IMG/VR virus record: IMGVR_UViG_3300034980_000520
Span: 8,249 to 72,248 of that record
DNA from: a virus
Length of the DNA stretch: 64,000 nt
Direction: 5' to 3' (one strand)
The first letter of the stretch is position 1, and each line of letters begins with the position of its first letter. A program made the position numbers and the translations under genes. The notes under the pieces are model-generated. The model ran no database searches. It was not told where the DNA came from and was given only the letters and a program-made list of their open reading frames with translations. Below are positions 8,609-17,880 of this stretch, one piece after another.

Positions 8609-10714
8609 ATGGCATATAACAGTACGACAGGCAGTCAAATGTCGGGCGACATAAGATACGAGAACGATCCAGAGGATACTCAGATAGATTTTGAAAATGA
8701 CTCTATCACATTAAGAGCCGGCGGCGCCAACAACATGGTAATCTCGACGACTTCGATCACCGCATCAGTATTGTTGTCTTCGTCAATGCCTATTTCAGCA
8801 TCTTCCTTTTGGGTAGACGGGGTTCAAGTAAGTGGCGGAGGAACTCCCGGCGGCTCCAGTACACAGGTGCAATATAATAATGGAGGCAGCTTTGCAGGCT
8901 CCGCTAATTTAACATTTAATGGAACGACGCTTACCGCCGCCGGAATTTCTTCTACTGGAAATACTACGCTCGGCGATGCCGGCGCCGATTCAGTCACCAT
9001 TAATGCGGCAACCGTCAATATTCCCAATGTTGCAGCCGGTACAGATAACACGGTAGTAGTCTACAATGGAACTACACTTGTGACAGATGAGATTGATTCC
9101 CGCGTGTGGGGAAGTACGCTGGTGGACGCTACCGGCACGCCTGTTGCGAATCAAATAGCCACATGGAGTGACGCTAATACTGCACAGGGGCTCGCTACTC
9201 TGACTTATGACGGCACCACGTTAGCGATAACGGGCTCTATTTCTGGCTCTGGCAACATATCTGGTTCTGCTTTCTATGGAAGCGGAGCAAATCTCACAGG
9301 ATTGCCATCAGCAGCTATTACGACTTATAATAATTCAACTGACAATAGAGTCATTACATCGGTAAATTCGACAACGGTTCAGGGTGAAGCCAATCTCACT
9401 TTCGATGGCACGACACTTGCAGTTGTGGGCGACATGTCGGGTTCGGGTGTACTATCGGCTGATCAGATTAAGTGTTCAGGTTCTGTAGCCGCGGTATCTT
9501 TTGCTGGCGATGGTTCCGCATTGACGGGACTACCCTCGGCTGCCATCTCTACTTATAACACCTCCGGAGATAACAGGATCATAACTTCGGTGGACGCCAC
9601 GACTGTACAAGGCGAGGCTGATCTTGCTTTTGATGGAACCAAGCTGACTGTAAAGGGAGCTAACAGCATAATAAACGTGACTGGCAGTCTCCAGATCGGC
9701 ACCAACGTTGATACACCTCACAAACTGCACGTTAGCGGAACGGAATCGCAAGTATTATGTCTGATAGGGAGTGATCTCTATGAGACTATTTTTGCAGTAA
9801 CCGGATCCGGAAAAGTTACAGTAGGTGGTGTCCATTTAGATGCTAAATTTAATATTACGGGATCCGACGCCGATGTCCTTATGTCAGCCAAAAGCAACAC
9901 TAAGAGTCCTGCTTTTGTTATATCAGGCAGTGGCAACGTTGTTGTAGGAAATCAGCTTTCCGCTTCGAGCGGCATCACAGGATCCGCGCTATACACCGAA
10001 CATACAGTTATAGATGCTATTCACGTTTCAAGTTCGCTCCCCGTTTCGGCTTCATCTTTTTGGGTAGATGGTGTTCAGATAACCGGCGGTGGGGGAGGCG
10101 GAACACCCGGAGGCGCTGATGGGCAAGTCCAGTACAATAATGGTGGCTCTTTTGGCGGAGAAGCCGAGCTTGTGTACGATGACAGCAACAACAGACTCGG
10201 TGTCGGCACTGCAGTCCCAACCCACACGCTTTCTGTGACTGGATCGGCAGCAATCTCCGGAGATCTTACAGTCAGTGGATCGCTGAGAGCGGCCAAGAGA
10301 ATAGAAATGACAACTCATTATTTTGCATATGGAGGTAACGGCGAAACATTCATACCGTTCGGCTACGGAAATACAGATGACGCTACCAATCCGACAGAAA
10401 AGAACCAATTTATTGCGCCTTATCCGGGATCTCTTAAGAAATTAATGGTCCGCACTCATAATACTCAAAATGGGCATGCTACTGCGAGTTTGTGGGTAGG
10501 GAATGACGGTACCGAAGACTTCAACGTCGGCGGCTCGGTAGTAGAACACGTAACCGCATCGATGGCTAGCGCAAATACTACATACACTTTTAACTTTACC
10601 GGAACTTCGCACTTTACATCAAGTCAAATTGTTGGCGTATCGTTCGATTTTAGATTGAACCCCGGCGAGGTAAATATGACATGCGTTTGGGAATACGACG
10701 ATAGAGAACTTTAA
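8609..10714 (+). CDS. Long fibre-like virion protein with internal repeats (paralog 5)
   Basis: MAYN start; duplicated GTPGG..QVQYNNGGSF and LTGLPSAAIxTYN..DNRxITSV..TTVQGEA modules. Confidence 0.7.
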   Translation: MAYNSTTGSQMSGDIRYENDPEDTQIDFENDSITLRAGGANNMVISTTSITASVLLSSSMPISASSFWVDGVQVSGGGTPGGSSTQVQYNNGGSFAGSANLTFNGTTLTAAGISSTGNTTLGDAGADSVTINAATVNIPNVAAGTDNTVVVYNGTTLVTDEIDSRVWGSTLVDATGTPVANQIATWSDANTAQGLATLTYDGTTLAITGSISGSGNISGSAFYGSGANLTGLPSAAITTYNNSTDNRVITSVNSTTVQGEANLTFDGTTLAVVGDMSGSGVLSADQIKCSGSVAAVSFAGDGSALTGLPSAAISTYNTSGDNRIITSVDATTVQGEADLAFDGTKLTVKGANSIINVTGSLQIGTNVDTPHKLHVSGTESQVLCLIGSDLYETIFAVTGSGKVTVGGVHLDAKFNITGSDADVLMSAKSNTKSPAFVISGSGNVVVGNQLSASSGITGSALYTEHTVIDAIHVSSSLPVSASSFWVDGVQITGGGGGGTPGGADGQVQYNNGGSFGGEAELVYDDSNNRLGVGTAVPTHTLSVTGSAAISGDLTVSGSLRAAKRIEMTTHYFAYGGNGETFIPFGYGNTDDATNPTEKNQFIAPYPGSLKKLMVRTHNTQNGHATASLWVGNDGTEDFNVGGSVVEHVTASMASANTTYTFNFTGTSHFTSSQIVGVSFDFRLNPGEVNMTCVWEYDDREL

Positions 10715-10792
10715 GCCGTATTAAAAAAATGGGTTTTCATCTACTATAATACTATTTATTTTTGAAATATGTTGTGATTCAGGAGATACTAC

Positions 10793-12019
10793 ATGTCTAA
10801 TTTGCTTAGTGAAGCCATAGTCGATGCAAAAGCATTGAGAGATGCTGCGTTAAAAAACGCCGAAACGATTGTAATTGAGAAATATTCCACAGAAGTGAGA
10901 GATACCTTGGAGAAATTGCTAGAGCAGCCCGAAGCACCCCCACCTGTGGATCTCGATGCCGATATGGGCCCAGATTCAGAGGTACCCGTTGGAGGCGAAG
11001 AAGCCGCCATGCCACCAATGGAAGAGCCGCTCGATCCCATGGCAGAGACAGAAGAGCCAGCCGAAGAGATTTCGGAAGATGATATTCCGCTGGGAGCCAC
11101 CAACGGCTTCGCGGATCTCGATGGCAAAAATTTGGGCTCATTCCCAGCAGACGGACAAGATGTGGAACTTAACATCAACCTTGGCGCCCTTCAAGAGAGC
11201 GTCGACGAATTGACAGCAGCACTGCAAGAAGAAGAGGAATATGACATCTCTGAAGAGAACATTGCTGCGATGGTAGCAGAAACGCTAGGCGCCGCCACCA
11301 AGGAAGAGCTTGAAGAGGCAGCAACAGTTACTACCGCGCCCAGCGCCGGCATTGCCGCAGCACAGCAAACGAAAGCTGAGGATGATGAATTTAAAGACTC
11401 TGATGACGGCGACTTGGCTGAAGGCGAAGATGAAGATCCCGAAGCTAAAAACACAGACATGGGTTCCCTTGTAGACGCGGTGATGGAAAGACTTACCGTA
11501 GACATGGGTGCTACTCTTTCGGGATGGGCGGGACGCTCATCTGAAAGCATGCGATGGGAGATTGAGAAAGCTCTCGCCCACCGACGTAGCACAGATGTCG
11601 ATGAAGAATTAAAAGATTTGAAGAAAGCTCACGAAGAGTTGGTATTTGAAAATAACCAACTCACCGAGCACAACAATAAATATAAGCAAGCAACAGTAGA
11701 GTTGAAGGAGAGTTTACATGATGTAAACCTTTCTAACGCTCGCTTGCTTTATACGAACCGAGTATTGAGAAATGCCTCCTTGAATGAGCGACAAAAAGAT
11801 AAAATTGTCGAAGCTATTTCTGGCGCCGGTTCAGTAGCAGAAGCACGTACGATATATGATACGCTTCAAAGCACAGTGGAGGCTGCCCCTAAGAGAAGTC
11901 CACAATCACTGAGCGAAGCAATTGGTCGTCGTTCTACTGTTCTAAGGGCTTCTCGTGAAGAGAAGCCTTCATCCGATCCGTTACAGGATAGGATGAAAAG
12001 ACTAGCTGGAATAAAATAA
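10793..12019 (+). CDS. Prohead core/scaffold protein (gp22-like)
   Basis: Very acidic, C-terminal coiled coil, ends RMKRLAGIK, directly upstream of the MCP. Confidence 0.75.
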   Translation: MSNLLSEAIVDAKALRDAALKNAETIVIEKYSTEVRDTLEKLLEQPEAPPPVDLDADMGPDSEVPVGGEEAAMPPMEEPLDPMAETEEPAEEISEDDIPLGATNGFADLDGKNLGSFPADGQDVELNINLGALQESVDELTAALQEEEEYDISEENIAAMVAETLGAATKEELEEAATVTTAPSAGIAAAQQTKAEDDEFKDSDDGDLAEGEDEDPEAKNTDMGSLVDAVMERLTVDMGATLSGWAGRSSESMRWEIEKALAHRRSTDVDEELKDLKKAHEELVFENNQLTEHNNKYKQATVELKESLHDVNLSNARLLYTNRVLRNASLNERQKDKIVEAISGAGSVAEARTIYDTLQSTVEAAPKRSPQSLSEAIGRRSTVLRASREEKPSSDPLQDRMKRLAGIK

Positions 12020-12052
12020 TCATAATTTATAAAAAAAAGGAGGTGATTTAAA

Positions 12053-13855
12053 ATGTCTAGTATTATCGAAAGATTGACCGAAGGAGTTGTCAATCGTGAT
12101 ATGCGCGCCGAAGGCTCAGCTCTTCTTTCTAAATGGGAGAAGACTGGTTTGTTGGAGGGTCTTACCAAGGATCGTTCAAGAACTGCCATGGCTCGCTTGC
12201 TTGAAAACCAAGCAAAAGAACTGCTTCGCGAGAGCAGCAGCATGAGCGCTGGTGATGTTGAGGGCTTTGCAGCCGTCGCGTTCCCCATCGTACGTCGTGT
12301 ATTCGCAGGCTTGATCGCAAACGATCTTGTCTCTGTTCAGCCCATGAGCTTACCCTCGGGTCTGATTTTCTTCCTCGACTTCGTGTTCTCACCGAACATC
12401 GGAGCTAGCGGAACTCAGACTGGTAGATTTGGTAACGAACCTAACCAGTCCATCTATGGTGGTGATAAGGTTGGTTCTGCTCTTACCGGCGGATTGGATC
12501 TTGTCGGCTCTAAGGGACAGGATCTTTCTGGTCCTCGTACCGTAGGCGCCCGTGGTTATGCATATGCATCCCCAAGTGGCTCTTGCGCAGTTTCGAGTTC
12601 TCAGATTACTGCTTCTGGTTGGCTTGTCGGTAACGAAACAGCCGCTCAGAAGAAGTTGATCCAATACGATCCGGATCTTGAATCTCTCAGTGGTTCTTCT
12701 ACTGCTGTATACGTGCTTCGTCTTGTTCTTGAGAAAGAGCAGGTTAATAGCGCTGCAACCGGCGATGGAACTCAAATTGATTATCTCAACTTGGGTGCTG
12801 TTTCCGCTTCGATCGGCTCTATCAACTCAATGACTAGTCTCACTCTTACGTCGGCTGACACTGCTCAGTTACGTCGCTTGACTCAGGCTACAGAGGGCGT
12901 TGATCGTGATAGTGGTACTCTTTCACTGTACTTCACTACTACTGTTGACACAACTTCAGTTGCCACCACTGCTGGTAGACTTACTGCAAGTTTCCCAATT
13001 ATCGATGATATCGCTGCTGGCGGTGCTGTCGGTGCTGTTACCGGTCAAGAAGTGTGGGGCTTGGAAGGAAATGCTGACATCCCAGAGATCGACATCAAAG
13101 TCGATTCAGTGGCTGTCACCGCTCAAACCAAGAAGCTCAAGGCTAAGTGGACTCCGGAGTTAGGGCAAGATCTTAACGCCTACCACAACCTTGATGCAGA
13201 GGTTGAGTTGACAAGTATCCTTTCGGAGCAAATCGCTCTTGAAATCGATCGTGAGATCCTTGCGGATCTCGTCAATGGTGCAACTGCTAGTACTTACTAC
13301 TGGTCACGTTCCCCCGGTCTCTTCGTGAACCGTACAACTGGTGCTGAAATCGGCGCTAGCTCTGCGGCTCCCGACTTCACTGGTACCGTGTCTGAGTGGT
13401 ATGAGACTCTTGCAGAAACCATCAATGATGTATCTGCTCAAATTCACCGCAAGACTCTTCGTGGTGGTGCCAACTTCATCGTCTGTGGACCAGAAGTTGC
13501 CAACATCCTTGAGTTCACCGCTGGATTCCGTGCCTCCGTCACACATGATGACGAGGTTGGTTCCGTTGGTGCTGTTAAGGTGGGTTCGATGAGTAAGAAG
13601 TTCGACGTTATCGTTGATCCTTACTTCCTGCGCAACGTGGTTCTCGTTGGACGTCGCGGTTCCTCTTTCCTTGAAAGCGGATACGTGTACGCACCATACG
13701 TACCACTGCAGACTACACCAACAATCTTCGGTGTCGAAGACTTCGTGCCTCGCAAGGGTGTGATGACTCGCTACGCCAAGAAGATGGTTCGTCCAGATAT
13801 GTACGGATTGGTTGTGGTTCAGGGCATTATCGGTCAAGCCGGCGCAACTAGCTAA
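12053..13855 (+). CDS. Major capsid protein (T4 gp23-like)
   Basis: LVSVQPMSLPSG, KKLKAKWTPELGQDLNAYHNLDAEVELTSILSEQIALEIDREI, GYVYAPYVPL, GVMTRYA; SD AGGAGGT. Confidence 0.96.
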   Translation: MSSIIERLTEGVVNRDMRAEGSALLSKWEKTGLLEGLTKDRSRTAMARLLENQAKELLRESSSMSAGDVEGFAAVAFPIVRRVFAGLIANDLVSVQPMSLPSGLIFFLDFVFSPNIGASGTQTGRFGNEPNQSIYGGDKVGSALTGGLDLVGSKGQDLSGPRTVGARGYAYASPSGSCAVSSSQITASGWLVGNETAAQKKLIQYDPDLESLSGSSTAVYVLRLVLEKEQVNSAATGDGTQIDYLNLGAVSASIGSINSMTSLTLTSADTAQLRRLTQATEGVDRDSGTLSLYFTTTVDTTSVATTAGRLTASFPIIDDIAAGGAVGAVTGQEVWGLEGNADIPEIDIKVDSVAVTAQTKKLKAKWTPELGQDLNAYHNLDAEVELTSILSEQIALEIDREILADLVNGATASTYYWSRSPGLFVNRTTGAEIGASSAAPDFTGTVSEWYETLAETINDVSAQIHRKTLRGGANFIVCGPEVANILEFTAGFRASVTHDDEVGSVGAVKVGSMSKKFDVIVDPYFLRNVVLVGRRGSSFLESGYVYAPYVPLQTTPTIFGVEDFVPRKGVMTRYAKKMVRPDMYGLVVVQGIIGQAGATS

Positions 13856-13880
13856 ACACTAGAAACGTAATGCACAGTGT

Positions 13881-13907
13881 AAAGCCTCCGTTTTTAACGG
13901 GGGCTTT
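13881..13907 (+). terminator. Terminator-like hairpin after the MCP gene
   Basis: AAAGCCTCCGTT...AACGGGGGCTTT inverted repeat. Confidence 0.7.
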
Positions 13908-13993
13908 CCTGTATCTAAGAGCTACTTATATGCGAGGAGAGAAATCTCTTCGTTAATTGACCTAATTAATATTTATATAAGGAGAAATATATT

Positions 13994-14500
13994 ATGGGAA
14001 CCAAAAGAGTAGGTTGGGCACGAATTCGTAGCCTGATTAACGAAAATCAAAATCAACTTAAGACACGAAACGATCAAATTAAAGCGGTGTCTTCCGCTAC
14101 CACTTTAACCGCTGATGATTCCGGCGCAACTATTTACTGGACACACAGTACATCGAATCATGACATTACACTTCCGGCCGCTAAAGTTGGCTTGAACTTC
14201 AAGTTTGTCATTGCTGAAGGGTTTGCTAAGAATCACCACATTACTTGTGCTGGTTCAGACGAGGTTTTTGGAAAGGTGACGGTTACTTCTACAACGGCAG
14301 ATAAAACCGACACACAAACCGAGGACAAAGACACAAGCAATTTTACTGAACTAAGACTTCATTCATCCGGGAACACCCTAGGCGGCGGCTCGGGCGATGT
14401 CATCGACATGGTTTGTGTTGAAGACGGCTACTGGCTCGTTAGCGCAGTGCTCCACACCACCGGTACTGCTCCGGCAGCAACTGTGGTAATGCAGGCTTGA
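13994..14500 (+). CDS. Putative capsid decoration protein
   Basis: Follows the MCP, has its own late motif; TLTADDSG...ITLPAAKVGLNFKFVI resembles the C-terminal domain of the fibre paralogs. Confidence 0.55.
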   Translation: MGTKRVGWARIRSLINENQNQLKTRNDQIKAVSSATTLTADDSGATIYWTHSTSNHDITLPAAKVGLNFKFVIAEGFAKNHHITCAGSDEVFGKVTVTSTTADKTDTQTEDKDTSNFTELRLHSSGNTLGGGSGDVIDMVCVEDGYWLVSAVLHTTGTAPAATVVMQA

Positions 14501-14542
14501 TGTGATCGCATAGACTGTTTTTAGAAAAATATAACTTTATTT

Positions 14543-14575
14543 CCCCCCCTCTCCTTTTGGATTGGGGGGTTTTTC
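14543..14575 (+). terminator. Rho-independent terminator
   Basis: C-run/G-run stem followed by TTTTT. Confidence 0.65.
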
Positions 14576-14676
14576 TTGAAAATGTCGATCCCCCCAAAAA
14601 TACCGCCCGCAATTTTTTGAGATTTTTGCACCCGCGATTACTATTTACTGTTGAACTAAACACATAGGAGTTCCAA

Positions 14677-15057
14677 ATGGGAAAGAAAAGAAGAATGCTG
14701 TCAGCAACTAAGAAGTTTGCTAAAAAGCACAGCCAACACCCTCGAATGAGAATGTTAAACAGCAGAAACACCGCGACAACAACCGCACCAGTGGAGGAAG
14801 TAGTCCTGAGCACCCCTGAGCCTGTTAAGCTGGCGCCAGAACCTACCACTACGCCTGCTACCCCAATAATGGCGCCCAAAGCCACACCAGCGCCTGCAGC
14901 GACAGTTTCAGAAACCATAGAGGCTAAAGCCGCTACAATTACCCCGAAGAAGACAAAACTGAAGGCTCCAAAGAAAGCGGCTCCCAAAACAGCCAAAAAA
15001 ACGTCAACACGACGACGCAAAACAACCAAAAAGAAAACCAATAACGCAACTGCATAA
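14677..15057 (+). CDS. Basic Lys/Ala/Pro/Thr-rich protein, histone H1-like tail
   Basis: KAPKKAAPKTAKKTSTRRRKTTKKK; SD AGGAG; late motif at 14641. Confidence 0.7.
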   Translation: MGKKRRMLSATKKFAKKHSQHPRMRMLNSRNTATTTAPVEEVVLSTPEPVKLAPEPTTTPATPIMAPKATPAPAATVSETIEAKAATITPKKTKLKAPKKAAPKTAKKTSTRRRKTTKKKTNNATA

Positions 15058-15125
15058 AATAAACGTTTTCATGCATTGAGTTTTGCAGCGCTCTTTACTA
15101 TTTAATGGGAGAGGGAATTTCTTTA

Positions 15126-16394
15126 ATGCCAACTAATCTTAGCCCAAAATCAACAACAAGCGCCGTCATACTCACATCCACAGGCTCCGCAGCCAATGTG
15201 GGAACTGCTGTTCCGTTTGGTATTTATACCGGATCTGTTGATTTCTTAAGCGGCGCCTCGCTGCAAGTTAATTACGTTTACAAGAAACTTGGTGGCGACG
15301 TCGTTGACATTGAATTAACGCCCGCAAACGTATATTCGGCTTATGAAGAAGCGGTATTAGAATATTCTTATATTATTAATCTGCACCAAAGCAAGAATGC
15401 GCTTGGTGATTCACTGGGCGATGTTACCGGTACGTTTAACCACAAGGGTGAGCTATTAACGGGCCCGACAGGCTCGAATCTAAGATTCCCGAGGTTTCAG
15501 GTATCATATGCTCAGCGTGTGGGAGATGGACTGTCAACCAAATCAGGCTTTGGTGGCACCACTACAATATACTCAGGATCTTTTACGCCAGATGAGAACA
15601 CTCAAGACTATGATTTGCAGTCTATTATTGAAGCGGCATCGAGCACGGGCACAGATGAGTCAGGAAATTCGGTGCCCTTTTCGGGCTCTGTGGGTTCTAA
15701 GAGAATCTTCGTAACGAAGGTGTTTTTCAAGACGCCACGCGCTATGTGGCGTTTCTACGGGTATTATGGAGGCATTGGTGTGGTGGGCAACCTGAGCACC
15801 TACGGACAGTTTGCAGACGATTCGACGTTTGAGTTAATTCCAACGTGGCAGAATAAATTACAGGCGATTATGTATGAAGATTCTATCTATACACGAACAT
15901 CGCACTATTCCTATGAGTTAAAGAACAATAAGTTGAGATTGTTTCCCAATCCGATGAACTTTCCTTATGAAAATAATGAAGTTTGGTTCAATTTTTATAT
16001 TAAGCAAGATGCAACCGCCGATGAAGCCGGATATGACGATGGGGTTCGCGGAATTAACAACATGAATACGCTGCCCTATGACAATTTGCCCTATAATAGT
16101 ATCAACTCGATTGGTAAACAGTGGATCCGCAAATACGCTCTTGCACTGTGCAAAGAGATGCTTGGGCAAATCCGTGGAAAATTTACTACTATTCCAATTC
16201 CCGGCGATACTGTCACCTTAAATCATAGCGAGTTGCTAACTCAAGCAAAAGCAGAACAACAAGATCTGAGAGATAAACTTAAAGAAATGCTTCAGGGGAT
16301 GGAATATCACGAACTGGTTAAGATATCTGCACAGAAGGCAGACTCAACGGCTAAAACGTTTGTATTTTCTCCTGTGCCAATATTCGTGGGGTAA
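15126..16394 (+). CDS. Neck protein (gp13-like head-tail adaptor)
   Basis: KLGGDVVDIELT and WIRKYALALCKEMLGQIRGKF...VTLN motifs; position after the MCP; alternative start 15105. Confidence 0.75.
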   Translation: MPTNLSPKSTTSAVILTSTGSAANVGTAVPFGIYTGSVDFLSGASLQVNYVYKKLGGDVVDIELTPANVYSAYEEAVLEYSYIINLHQSKNALGDSLGDVTGTFNHKGELLTGPTGSNLRFPRFQVSYAQRVGDGLSTKSGFGGTTTIYSGSFTPDENTQDYDLQSIIEAASSTGTDESGNSVPFSGSVGSKRIFVTKVFFKTPRAMWRFYGYYGGIGVVGNLSTYGQFADDSTFELIPTWQNKLQAIMYEDSIYTRTSHYSYELKNNKLRLFPNPMNFPYENNEVWFNFYIKQDATADEAGYDDGVRGINNMNTLPYDNLPYNSINSIGKQWIRKYALALCKEMLGQIRGKFTTIPIPGDTVTLNHSELLTQAKAEQQDLRDKLKEMLQGMEYHELVKISAQKADSTAKTFVFSPVPIFVG

Positions 16395-16399
16395 TTTAG

Positions 16400-16888
16400 A
16401 TGGGAAATGAATGGAAAAGACCAGAACAGCCGCCACCACCGCTCTTCTTAGGTAAAAAAGAACGAGATCTTGTAAAGCAAGTCAACGATGAGTTGGTTGA
16501 GAATGTCATTGGGCAGGCAATCCTCTATTATCCAATTGATATGGATCGTACTAATTTTCATGACATGTATGGAGAAGCAGTCGAGAAAACCTACCTTTCT
16601 CCTATTCGCGTATACGCTTTAATTAAATTTGACGAAGAAGCAACAAGTTATATGGAAGGAATGGGCATCGATGCAGATTCAGTAATCACCGTTAACTTTC
16701 ATCGTCGACGACTCACCGAAGATCAAGATTTATATGTCCGTGAGGGTGACTTTATTTTATATGGTAAAACATATTACGAGATAGTTAAGTTATCGGAGCC
16801 AAGAAAGTTGTTCGGACAAGTCAACCACACGTTTGAAATTACAGCAATCTGCAAGCGCGCCAGAAAGGGGTTATTCGATGCTTCCTGA
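16400..16888 (+). CDS. Neck/head-closure protein (gp14-like)
   Basis: MYGEA, REGDFILYG..YYEI motifs; synteny. Confidence 0.65.
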   Translation: MGNEWKRPEQPPPPLFLGKKERDLVKQVNDELVENVIGQAILYYPIDMDRTNFHDMYGEAVEKTYLSPIRVYALIKFDEEATSYMEGMGIDADSVITVNFHRRRLTEDQDLYVREGDFILYGKTYYEIVKLSEPRKLFGQVNHTFEITAICKRARKGLFDAS

Positions 16889-17762
16889 TAATTTTGATTT
16901 TGCAATGCTGCCGGACGTTGCCCACACTGGCTCAGCCACTCTCCAAGAAATTGGAATGCTTGCTTCTACTTTGGAGAATATTGATTATTCCCTTACATCA
17001 TGGGTTAAGGAAGATCTGGCACTAACTGCGCGCACCAATGAGGGTAGGATCACTGTTCCCGTGCTATGGCAGGCACCAGAACGAGCATACCAAGTGAAAA
17101 ACTCTAAAGAACTTCGAGATCAGCAGGGTTCGCTAAAATTACCCCTTATAAGTATTGAGCGCACCGGACTCGTTAAGAATCCGGAACATAAGGGAGCTTA
17201 TCAGGCTCAGACATATTCCAACGACAGAGACGGTAGAACAGGAAGAATTGTGATCGCACGCCGAATCGTTCAAGACAAAACACGTAATTTTGCGGCTGCC
17301 GAGGCAATGAGACAGCTTCCAAAAGCTACCAGTTTTCAAAAATATTACCCACGTGTTAACAAAAAGATCGTGATCCAAACACTCTCCATTCCCATCCCAA
17401 TATATGTGGATGTGAATTATAAGATCATGATCAAATCAGAATACCAACAACAAATGAATGATCTTGTAGCGCCCTTTATTGGAAGAACAGGACAAATTAA
17501 CTCTTTTGTAATGAGACGCAACGGGCACTTATACGAAGCGTTTATAGATCAAAACTTTACACACACTAATAATGTCGCTGCTTTGAACGAAGATATTCGC
17601 ATGTTTGCGACAGAAATCAGCATCCGCGTACTTGGCTATCTTATCGGCGAAGGCAACAACGACGATCGTAAAATTGTTAAGATCGAAGAAAACGCAGTAG
17701 AGGTGACATTTCCTAGGGAGTCTATACCGATGCCCGGCGATCCCGGCTTCATCGAAGATTAG
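16878..17762 (+). CDS. Tail terminator/sheath stabiliser (gp15-like)
   Basis: LPLISIERT, IPIPIYVDVNY, QQMNDLV motifs; between neck and sheath. Confidence 0.6.
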   Translation: MLPDNFDFAMLPDVAHTGSATLQEIGMLASTLENIDYSLTSWVKEDLALTARTNEGRITVPVLWQAPERAYQVKNSKELRDQQGSLKLPLISIERTGLVKNPEHKGAYQAQTYSNDRDGRTGRIVIARRIVQDKTRNFAAAEAMRQLPKATSFQKYYPRVNKKIVIQTLSIPIPIYVDVNYKIMIKSEYQQQMNDLVAPFIGRTGQINSFVMRRNGHLYEAFIDQNFTHTNNVAALNEDIRMFATEISIRVLGYLIGEGNNDDRKIVKIEENAVEVTFPRESIPMPGDPGFIED

Positions 17763-17880
17763 TTCCTGAAGTGCACTCATTTTCTTTAATACGTTGAAGA
17801 CTTTTGAAAATGCGTTAACTATTTATTGATGATTAACCTATGATTTTTCGAAATTATAACACTAAGAGGATATAGTAAAG

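Noticed and set aside
3768-10714. Diversity-generating retroelement or invertase acting on the fibre array
   Set aside because: No reverse transcriptase, recombinase, adenine-specific TR/VR pair or inverted crossover sites were seen in this window.
14439-15041. 200-aa minus-strand ORF
   Set aside because: Antisense shadow of the low-complexity Lys/Ala/Pro gene; it crosses a + strand terminator and has no supporting signals.
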